Shown here one piece after another: positions 46,233 to 54,152 of a stretch of 59,246 nt of DNA (positions are counted from its first letter, which is position 1; the number at the start of each line of letters is the position of its first letter). The DNA is from an uncultured Myxococcales bacterium (GTDB taxonomy: Bacteria > UBA10199 > 2-02-FULL-44-16 > JAAZCA01). The position numbers were made by a program, and so were the translations under genes. Location: assembly GCA_964480565.1 (NCBI GenBank), contig CAYZSU010000001.1:1-59246 (forward strand), read 5' to 3'. The notes under the pieces were generated by a model that ran no database searches, had not been told where the DNA came from, and saw only the letters and a program-made list of their open reading frames with translations.

Positions 46233-47501
46233 TTACTCCAAGAGTTGGGAAATAGTCTCACCATCCATTAATTCATGGCTAGATTGTAAATCGCCTGGAT
46301 TTTTTGTACTGGATTCATATATTTTCATCGCTACATCTTCCATTTCTTCAAAACGTTGTTCTTTTGAAGAAATGCTTGAAAGATATTTTTCTGTGGTTGC
46401 TTTATCGAGCCCATCCATGGCATCCGTGATTTTAGTTTCCTCTGTTTTTAGTGTGGCAATGAGATTATCCAGGATTATTTTGGCAGTGTCGTTTATTTCT
46501 GTATTGGTTTTAATTCCTAATACAATTTGTTCACTGCTAAATATTTGTTCGGTTGAGTGGACAATATCCTGATGAATTTCAGATGATTGCTTTACCTGAT
46601 CTTTTAACTGTCCTGCTTTTGAAAACCCATAGCTGTTGGATGTTTCATCGATGCTAATTGGTTGAATAGGTTTAATTTCTACATACTGTGACATGGACTC
46701 CAACTCGTTTTTTTTACCTTCTTTATCTGCATTGATGGATGTGACAACATTGAGTTCATCATCCTGTTCTTCTTCAATTTGAAGTTTAATTTGGGCGGCT
46801 ACTTGCTTGAGTTGACCGCTTGCTTCTAGTTGAACACCGCGGACTGCTTTGGCTTCTTCTGCTAGCGCTTCTTTGCGCTTGGTTTTTATTTGATGTCCAA
46901 TTTCTTCATATTCTTCAATGCGTATTTTTTGTTTTTCATATTGGCGTGTTTCTGCGCGTTCTTCAATGGCTTTCATGAATAATATATCGGGATCATTTTC
47001 TTTGGCGTATTTTTCTGCACGAATTGCGGCCATTCTCTCGACTTCCTTTTGAATACTGCTTGTTTTAAGCACGGATTCATCCGCTGTGTTTTTGAGCAAT
47101 GCAGTATCATCGTTTTTTTCTGTTTGTTCAGATAGATTATTTTTTGTAATTGCGCCAAAATTCCTAACTTGCTCAGCTTTTTTATCCGGCAATGCGGCTT
47201 TTTTGATTGTTTTTTTAAGTTCTTGAAGGATTTTAGCGCTTTCATTCATTTCAGATTTTAACTTAGAGGCCTGCAATGCAATATTCTGAGAAAATAGCAT
47301 TTTACTTTGCCGTTCTGCTAAATTTTGATTTCGCTTGACTGGTGTATGAATGGAACTTTTATCCGCTTGATTGACTCGCTTATGAGCACTGACATCGCCT
47401 TTTGTGGCTTCTGTCCCTGTAGCGCTGGCAGGAGAGATGTCTTTATCTTCAGAGGGTAATTTTATATCAGTGGGTGGAATACCCGCTAGATTTGTAGACA
47501 T
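46233..47501 (-). CDS. Hypothetical Glu/Lys-rich coiled-coil protein, 422 aa
   Basis: Strong RBS (GGAGG) before the ATG at 47501. Disordered-looking N-terminus and a long charged helical centre. No recognisable domain. Confidence 0.6.
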   Translation of the reverse strand: MSTNLAGIPPTDIKLPSEDKDISPASATGTEATKGDVSAHKRVNQADKSSIHTPVKRNQNLAERQSKMLFSQNIALQASKLKSEMNESAKILQELKKTIKKAALPDKKAEQVRNFGAITKNNLSEQTEKNDDTALLKNTADESVLKTSSIQKEVERMAAIRAEKYAKENDPDILFMKAIEERAETRQYEKQKIRIEEYEEIGHQIKTKRKEALAEEAKAVRGVQLEASGQLKQVAAQIKLQIEEEQDDELNVVTSINADKEGKKNELESMSQYVEIKPIQPISIDETSNSYGFSKAGQLKDQVKQSSEIHQDIVHSTEQIFSSEQIVLGIKTNTEINDTAKIILDNLIATLKTEETKITDAMDGLDKATTEKYLSSISSKEQRFEEMEDVAMKIYESSTKNPGDLQSSHELMDGETISQLLE

Positions 47502-47697
47502 AGTACCTCCAGTATAATCACATTGAGTTGAAATCTTATATTTTAGCTACAAAAACCCTTCAAGAGATAATACGGGTATTATTCTGAATAACTTTAGTGA
47601 AAAAAATAAAAATAAAAAGTATGCTATTTCAAATAGATAGACGTATAATATATTTCATATTATTAGGAAGGTAAGTTAATGTACTGAAAATAATAGG

Positions 47698-49482
47698 TTA
47701 TTTTTTATTTTGAATGGAATATTGTATTTGCTTGCACCAATAGATGCAGGTAGAAAACCAATGATGAATTAAATCCATTTTTCTTAATAATTTCTCTTTT
47801 TGGGATGTTGTTTTTCCTAGGAGCACATAGCTTTCACGCGATATATCAAATAATGTTTTTTGTGTGAAATGATCGAGCAATGACTTATATACATGTGCGG
47901 TATCGTTTTGTAATTTTTGCGCGCTATCCTCAAATTGGGATAATTCACGGGATATTGCATGTAGGCGATCAGGGCTTTCACAAGATATGATAGATGGATA
48001 TTTTTCCATGCATGCATTTAGTGTCGAAAAACAATCATTAAAGTAATGGGATAATGCCTGCTCAGTATCAGAAATAATATTGGGAGAAATAAAAGTGGGG
48101 CTTAATGTCTGATATTGTGTATTGAGATGCTGTAAAATAGTCGGTTGTATGGGCGGTAATGTTAATTCATTGGGATTTAACTGCGTCATTCCCTCAATAT
48201 GAATGCCCTGATGTTTTTCAATAACATTCAGGCAGTTGATTTTGTATTTATGAATAATATGTGTAAATACATTGCTAAAATGTTTCCATGGATAATAGGA
48301 TTGTTTGGGTGTACCATCATTGCCGGGCAGCCAAATTTCACGATCTTTAAAATTATGTCGGTTACGATGATGGCGAATGCGCATGCCCTCCACATGTGTG
48401 TACCCACTATCCTGGTCAAAACATAAATCCTGTCCTACAACAATGATTGGATTGCATCCCAAATAATGTAATAATAATAACCCTTGATGGGCCACGCAGG
48501 CGCCTGGATAAAATCGATGATTATTCGGAAAAAACCAGCGCATTATTGCAAGATCGCGAATCATGGTGAGTATGGGGCCGGGATAGGCATCATATGTTTG
48601 TGGGGGTGTAAATGGATTAGTGACTAAATATACATCCTCGAGAGGTGCAATGCCTTCAAAAAAGCGTGTAATATGCTCGCGTCGTTCCGTGGTACCGACA
48701 AAGTGGGGCTTAATCCCATGCGACCAGATGACGGACAATGCAGAATCACAGGCAAACATGACTGCGCGGTGTTGCAGTTCGTTTAATAAGGGAATGCGTT
48801 GTGTAAGGGATGGTCCCGATGAAATGAGTACACCGGGCATGCCTGTCATGGCGCCTTTTAAATTATCCACTGATTTGAGTTGGCTAAAATTTGTCAAGTT
48901 ATCCAATATATTAAGCAAGCCATGGTAGGCATCAATGGGCTCTGTATTCATATAGGCATTGAGATCGTAGATGCAGTCATCTAAAATGCGATTGCAATTG
49001 TCAAAGTAGTCTTTGCGTGCATCATTTAAATGAGGCTCTGTATATATTTGAATACAATGGGTAAGCGGAGATATATCCGGTGCATCAAGTGCTGCACGAA
49101 AGAATAGCTGTGTGGCGGTGTCATTATTTGCAATATTCCAGAGTATATGCGGATGTGCGAATAATTGACTCATATCACATGTAGCCAGTTGACCTGCAAA
49201 TATATCCAACGATGGTTCAATAACAATGATGACCTTTTGTAGTGGATGTGGTTTTTTGGCATAGGCGAGCAAGACATCTGCGCGAGATACTCCATTCCAT
49301 ATTAAAATTGCTGGATTGGTCAGTTGCGATGTAATCGTTGAGGCCATGGATGTGCTATCTGTAGCAGGTATTGGTTTTTGTGCAGGTACTGTGGTGATAT
49401 GCGTGTCAATGCATGTCGATAAATGAGGATGGTATTGCCTTAGTGCGGCTAAGTTATGTGCCCACAAGGCATTATTGGTCAT
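47698..49482 (-). CDS. maf: Motility accessory factor (Maf, DUF115/MptE-like) putative flagellin nonulosonate transferase
   Basis: 594 aa. N-terminal NALWAHNLAALRQYHPHL and central VLISSGPSLTQRIPLLNELQHRAVMFACDSAL, typical of Maf proteins. Confidence 0.8.
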   Translation of the reverse strand: MTNNALWAHNLAALRQYHPHLSTCIDTHITTVPAQKPIPATDSTSMASTITSQLTNPAILIWNGVSRADVLLAYAKKPHPLQKVIIVIEPSLDIFAGQLATCDMSQLFAHPHILWNIANNDTATQLFFRAALDAPDISPLTHCIQIYTEPHLNDARKDYFDNCNRILDDCIYDLNAYMNTEPIDAYHGLLNILDNLTNFSQLKSVDNLKGAMTGMPGVLISSGPSLTQRIPLLNELQHRAVMFACDSALSVIWSHGIKPHFVGTTERREHITRFFEGIAPLEDVYLVTNPFTPPQTYDAYPGPILTMIRDLAIMRWFFPNNHRFYPGACVAHQGLLLLHYLGCNPIIVVGQDLCFDQDSGYTHVEGMRIRHHRNRHNFKDREIWLPGNDGTPKQSYYPWKHFSNVFTHIIHKYKINCLNVIEKHQGIHIEGMTQLNPNELTLPPIQPTILQHLNTQYQTLSPTFISPNIISDTEQALSHYFNDCFSTLNACMEKYPSIISCESPDRLHAISRELSQFEDSAQKLQNDTAHVYKSLLDHFTQKTLFDISRESYVLLGKTTSQKEKLLRKMDLIHHWFSTCIYWCKQIQYSIQNKK

Positions 49483-49912
49483 AAGTAGATTCTTTCATTA
49501 ATCGCATGCACCATAGCGATTGATACTGACATACTGCGCTGATCAAATTCATATGAAATTTATAAAAATGAGCGGGTGATGGAGCTTGTGCTTTTCCCTC
49601 ACTGTATATTTCGTCATACCATGTCATAAGCAGTGTGAGTAATGGATTAAATTCAGGCACGATTGTATTAATAGTATGATGGTGTGCCTGTAATTCATTC
49701 ATTAATTGATTAAAAAAGTCTGTATATTTATCATGAATGTGCGGATCTGGATTATCTGGATGATCATTGCGCCACATATTGCCAATGCATTCACTTGTTA
49801 GGAGACAGTAGTGGTGGAGTTTGTCAATAATCTCACGCTGTTTGGAATGGAGCTTGATTTGGCAAATTTTTTCAAATAGGGGCTCTGATTTTTCTAAAGG
49901 TAAAATAAACAC
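49472..49912 (-). CDS. Hypothetical protein, 146 aa, translationally coupled to maf
   Basis: ORF overlaps the maf start by 11 nt. GTG start without an obvious RBS, so the 5' end is uncertain. Confidence 0.4.
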   Translation of the reverse strand: MFILPLEKSEPLFEKICQIKLHSKQREIIDKLHHYCLLTSECIGNMWRNDHPDNPDPHIHDKYTDFFNQLMNELQAHHHTINTIVPEFNPLLTLLMTWYDEIYSEGKAQAPSPAHFYKFHMNLISAVCQYQSLWCMRLMKESTYDQ

Positions 49913-49997
49913 AGGAGTTATCTAGTGAAGCATATCAAAAAATGCAATTGCTCATTTGGAGGATTGCAATGATTTATCAGGCGTTTATAATAGGACT

Positions 49998-50711
49998 ATG
50001 TCGGTGATGAAATGCAATTCAGTCTTGAATATTTGCGCAATTATTCCTGCACGAGGAAATTCCAAAGCAGTGCCTCGTAAAAATAAACGTGTTCTGGGTG
50101 AAAAACCATTAATTGCACATAGTATTGATGCGGCTAAGCAGTCGCAATATGTGACTCATGTTTTTGTCAGTACAGAGGATAAAGAGATTGCGAGTATTGC
50201 AGAAAATTACGGTGCTGACGTTCCATATCTGCGCCCAAAGTCTTTGTCCGAAGATCATGTGCATGCGGTGTATGCGGTTGTAAATATGTTGGAATATCTG
50301 ATAAAAAATAATTATTGTAAGCCAGATATTGTGGTGATGCTACTTCCTACATCGCCATTTCGAACAAGCATACAGATTGATGCAGCGATTGATGTATATA
50401 TGAATGCTCAATGCGATAGCGTGGTTTCAGTGGTTGAACTGGACAAGCAAATACCGCATTTACGTATTGTTAGGGATAATTTTTTACAGCCTATCGTTCC
50501 TATTGAAAATTGTAATGTGCAGCGACAGGATTTAGAAGTATTGTATGCATTGAATGGATCTATATATGTATCATCATCGCAGCAATTAATTGCATTTAAT
50601 TCATTTCATATGCCCAATACACGGGCTTATATTATGGATAGAGAGTCATCCCTGGATATTAATACAATGGATGATTGGATTGATGCGGAGAAGCAGCTAG
50701 CAAAGGAATAG
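49998..50711 (+). CDS. neuA: CMP-nonulosonate synthetase (acylneuraminate cytidylyltransferase family, NeuA/PseF/LegF-like)
   Basis: ICAIIPARGNSKAVPRKNKRVLGEKPLIAHSIDAAKQS...VFVSTEDKEIA...PTSPFR. Start is 49998 or 50007. Confidence 0.87.
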   Translation: MSVMKCNSVLNICAIIPARGNSKAVPRKNKRVLGEKPLIAHSIDAAKQSQYVTHVFVSTEDKEIASIAENYGADVPYLRPKSLSEDHVHAVYAVVNMLEYLIKNNYCKPDIVVMLLPTSPFRTSIQIDAAIDVYMNAQCDSVVSVVELDKQIPHLRIVRDNFLQPIVPIENCNVQRQDLEVLYALNGSIYVSSSQQLIAFNSFHMPNTRAYIMDRESSLDINTMDDWIDAEKQLAKE

Positions 50712-50714
50712 TCG

Positions 50715-51860
50715 ATGAAAACAATTTGGCATCATGGTGCATGGAATCGAAATTTTGGTGATTGGGTGCTTTATGATTCCATTCATTATCATCTCAATCA
50801 GCATGCCGGACATCCATTGTATTTTGTTCCAGTAGATAGCCAAAAAGCAGTATATTCCGATGATCTCATTGCACGATTAAATTCAGAAGCAGATGCATTG
50901 ATCATCGGTGGCGGTGGATTATTGTTTCATCGCCCTGAAGATAGTAGTATATCTGGGTGGCAATTTAATATTCCAATAGAAAAAATAGAAGATATTCATG
51001 TGCCGATTATTGTATATGGCATTGGGTATAATCGGTTTTTTTATGATGAAACACCTTTTCCACCTATATTTGCGGATCATGTGCATGCATTGCAGAAAAA
51101 AAGTACATTGTTTAGCGTTCGCAATACAGGCACGCTAAATCAGTTAAAGTCGCATGGATTGCCAATAGATGATATATCTGTTGTACCGGATGCAGGCGTG
51201 TTTGCACCCAAACAAACACTATCATTGCCGATTGATCGGGGTAAATATGATCGCATGATCGGCGTGAATATTGCGGGTGATCGACCACATCATCGATTCC
51301 CTATGCCAAGCGCGCAAACAGAAAAACAGTGTATGCATGCATTGGCCACTTCTTTGAATCGGTTATGTGATGATTGGAATGCATGTGTATTGTTATTGCC
51401 GCATATTGATGATATTGATGAACGTTTTGATTCGTTATTTTCAGATATTATCGGTCATCATCGTACATTTAGCTTAAAATCTCTTTGCACGCATATCTAT
51501 CCACCCAGTCCAATAACAACGCGGTTATTGATGGGTGCATATAATGAATGCGATATAATCATTGGTGGTCGTGGTCACAGTGGCTTGATTGCCTATGGTT
51601 GCCATAAACCATTTATTGCATTTGGCAGCCATTTGAAAAATTCCTATCTTCTTGAGGATATTCATATGTCACAGGCTGCACTGACACCTGATATGATTTT
51701 GTCACAATGCCATTCACAGGATTATTTGATACATATGATTTTACAATTGTATGCAAATTATTCAAAAAAAGAGGTGCAATTAAAAGCGAAATATAATCAG
51801 GATTTTCAGGTGTTTGATCAGTTTAACCAAATGGTAGTGACACAACTATTGGAGTTATAA
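50715..51860 (+). CDS. Polysaccharide pyruvyl transferase family protein
   Basis: N-terminal WNRNFGDWVLYDSI, ADALIIGGGGLL, and C-terminal IIGGRGHSGLIAYGCHKPFIAFG fit my memory of the PS_pyruv_trans pattern. Confidence 0.55.
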   Translation: MKTIWHHGAWNRNFGDWVLYDSIHYHLNQHAGHPLYFVPVDSQKAVYSDDLIARLNSEADALIIGGGGLLFHRPEDSSISGWQFNIPIEKIEDIHVPIIVYGIGYNRFFYDETPFPPIFADHVHALQKKSTLFSVRNTGTLNQLKSHGLPIDDISVVPDAGVFAPKQTLSLPIDRGKYDRMIGVNIAGDRPHHRFPMPSAQTEKQCMHALATSLNRLCDDWNACVLLLPHIDDIDERFDSLFSDIIGHHRTFSLKSLCTHIYPPSPITTRLLMGAYNECDIIIGGRGHSGLIAYGCHKPFIAFGSHLKNSYLLEDIHMSQAALTPDMILSQCHSQDYLIHMILQLYANYSKKEVQLKAKYNQDFQVFDQFNQMVVTQLLEL

Positions 51861-52709
51861 ATGAATCAATTTATTTCAGATTCTGTAACAATTATTGCAG
51901 AAATCGGTATCAATCATAATGGCGATATTGATATGGCTAAAAAATTAATTGATGTGGCCAAAGTAGCGGGTGTGGATATCGTCAAATTTCAAAAGCGAAA
52001 TCCAGATAAATGTGTGCCAGATGCTCAAAAAAAAGAACGCCGAATGACACCTTGGGGAGAAATGAGCTATTTGGAATATAAACATCGTATTGAATTTGGC
52101 AAAGAGGACTATGATGTCATTCATGCCTATTGCCAGGAGCGAGGGATTGAATGGACTGCATCCATTTGGGATCGCGATTCATTGGACTTTATTATGGGCT
52201 ATCAGCCAAAGAGTTTAAAAATACCTTCTGCACTGTTAACGGATTTGGACTTATTGCACCATGTTGCAGAGACGAATATTTTGACATATATCAGTACGGG
52301 TATGAGTGTATTGGCGGAAATTGATCAGGCTGTTGCGGTATTTAAAGCCAAAAAATGTCCCTATATGATGATGCATTGCAATTCATCATACCCTGCACAA
52401 AATTCAGAATTGAATATTTCCTGTATTAATACGCTAAGAGAAAAATACCAATGTCCAATTGGGTACAGTGGCCATGAATTCGGTTTGATTCCATCTGTGT
52501 TGGCAGTTATGTGTGGGGCTGAGGCAATTGAACGGCATATTACGCTTAAACGCACCATGTGGGGCACGGATCATATGGCATCCATTGAACCTGTGGGATT
52601 AATGAAATTGGTGGGGTATATTCGAAGCATTCCAGAATCAATTGGGGACGGCGTAAAGCGCATATACCCATCGGAAGAATGTATTAAACAAAAGTTGAGG
52701 CGCATATGA
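51861..52709 (+). CDS. neuB: NeuB-family nonulosonate synthase lacking the C-terminal SAF domain
   Basis: IIAEIGINHNGDIDMAKKLIDVAKVAGVDIVKFQKR...KIPSALLTDLDLL...IGYSGHE...IERHITLKRTMWGTDHMASIEP. Ends at 282 aa, right after the TIM-barrel linker. Confidence 0.87.
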   Translation: MNQFISDSVTIIAEIGINHNGDIDMAKKLIDVAKVAGVDIVKFQKRNPDKCVPDAQKKERRMTPWGEMSYLEYKHRIEFGKEDYDVIHAYCQERGIEWTASIWDRDSLDFIMGYQPKSLKIPSALLTDLDLLHHVAETNILTYISTGMSVLAEIDQAVAVFKAKKCPYMMMHCNSSYPAQNSELNISCINTLREKYQCPIGYSGHEFGLIPSVLAVMCGAEAIERHITLKRTMWGTDHMASIEPVGLMKLVGYIRSIPESIGDGVKRIYPSEECIKQKLRRI

Positions 52710-53062
52710 AAATAGCAGTGGATTTGGATGGTACATTGTGTACGTGGCATCCACGGGAATATCATTTAGCAAAGCCAAATGAGCAGCATATCGAGCGAGT
52801 GCAGAAATTATATGACAAAGGGCATACCATATGGATTTATACTGCAAGGGGAGCGTCTTTAGACACGGAGCAAATGGCACGCGATGCATGGGAGCACATT
52901 ACATGTGAGCAATTAAAAATATGGCAAGTGCCATTTCATGAATTGATTTTTCAAAAACCCGCATTTGATATTTTGATCGATGACCGTGCAGTGCAATTTG
53001 ACTCGGATTGGCTGGATGAAATTGAATCCGGCCACTTACCGCATTGGATAAAGGGTTTATAA
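52706..53062 (+). CDS. Small HAD-superfamily phosphatase
   Basis: Motif I DLDGTL, motif II YTARG, and motif III/IV ...KP..DILIDDRA. Overlaps neuB (ATGA) and the methyltransferase (TAATG). Confidence 0.55.
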   Translation: MKIAVDLDGTLCTWHPREYHLAKPNEQHIERVQKLYDKGHTIWIYTARGASLDTEQMARDAWEHITCEQLKIWQVPFHELIFQKPAFDILIDDRAVQFDSDWLDEIESGHLPHWIKGL

Positions 53063-53949
53063 TGGCCACTGACTGCCAATGTCATCTATGTGCGTCAACC
53101 AATTGTCACAAATTAATGGATATACTTCGAAATAATTGGCAAGATGATTTTTCGATGCGGCCATATCAATGTGACAATTGTGGGCTGGTATTTATGTATC
53201 CATTGATGAGCGAAACAGACGAACATCAATTTTATGCCACACAATTTCGAGAGCTATACCATGGTCAACAGTATAGTTGCGATGAATTTCATGCATGTGG
53301 GAAAAATGAAGCACAAAAACGATGCGAGCGTTTGCTTAATTTGAATATATTATCCGGCAATATATTGGAGATTGGGTCAGCTACGGGGTATTTTTTAGAC
53401 TATGCGAATGCGCATGCAAATAAGGTGTTGGGGGTGGAGCCGGATAATGCACAGCGTGACTATGCGAATGTGCATGGCATCACTACTGTATCGGATATTT
53501 CAGACATAGGGACTTTTCAGCCAGATGTGATTATATTATTTCATGTATTGGAGCATATTCGTGAGCCAGTCGATTTTTTGTCATCATTATGTGCGAAATT
53601 TCCACGTGCTCAGCTGGTTATTGAAGTCCCTAATATCGATGATATATTGATGTCGACATATAGGATTTCAAATTATCAGAACTATTATTTTCATCCTGCA
53701 CATAGCTATTATTTTTCCTCCCAAACCCTTCAAATAGCCATTGAACAAGCAGGTTATGCACATGTGGAATTATATCCCATTCAGCGCTATGGACTTAAAA
53801 ATCATTTAAAATGGCTGCATTCACATGAAAATAATATCGATTCTACTTACTTTGATGATATAATAAGCGCTGAGACGGAAAAAAATTATCAAAAAGATAT
53901 ACGTAATAAGAATTTATCCGACACAGTGATGGCGATTGCATCTATATAA
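53062..53949 (+). CDS. Class I SAM-dependent methyltransferase with an N-terminal Cys4 zinc-ribbon-like motif
   Basis: CQCHLC...CDNCG, then SAM motif I ILEIGSATGYFLDY and post-I VLGVEPD. Confidence 0.75.
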   Translation: MATDCQCHLCASTNCHKLMDILRNNWQDDFSMRPYQCDNCGLVFMYPLMSETDEHQFYATQFRELYHGQQYSCDEFHACGKNEAQKRCERLLNLNILSGNILEIGSATGYFLDYANAHANKVLGVEPDNAQRDYANVHGITTVSDISDIGTFQPDVIILFHVLEHIREPVDFLSSLCAKFPRAQLVIEVPNIDDILMSTYRISNYQNYYFHPAHSYYFSSQTLQIAIEQAGYAHVELYPIQRYGLKNHLKWLHSHENNIDSTYFDDIISAETEKNYQKDIRNKNLSDTVMAIASI

Positions 53950-53950
53950 T

Positions 53951-53970
53951 GGTTTTTTTCAATAACCCCA
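53951..53970 (+). repeat. Possible partial copy of the dispersed repeat 3' core
   Basis: GGTTTTTTTCAATAACCCCA resembles GGCATTTTTCAATAACTCCCC at 57605-57625. Short and AT-rich, so weak. Confidence 0.3.
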
Positions 53971-54110
53971 TTAAAAAAAGTAAAAAAATACTTCAGTAAG
54001 TGTCCTATACATCCGTATTACTCTATTGTATGTGAAAAACTCGTTTGCCCATAAAGTTATCGAACGTGAAAGGCGCCAGCTAGTAGACGACTTGAATGTG
54101 GCAACCACAA

Positions 54111-54149
54111 GCGAATTAAGGGATAATTCGCTATAACCCCAAGGAGGGG
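54111..54149 (+). promoter_or_regulatory. Putative CsrA binding sites in the flagellin 5' leader
   Basis: Perfect 8-bp hairpin GCGAATTA-AGGGA-TAATTCGC (54111-54131) presenting GGA in its loop. Second GGA lies in the SD AAGGAGGGG (54141-54149), 3 nt before the ATG. Confidence 0.55.
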
Positions 54150-54152
54150 AAT

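Noticed and set aside
54098-54113. sigma54-like TGGCAAccacaAGCGA just upstream of flagellin
   Set aside because: GG to GC spacing is one nt shorter than in the four canonical promoters of this window, the -12 element is AGCG rather than TTGC, and the predicted start would fall inside the leader hairpin.
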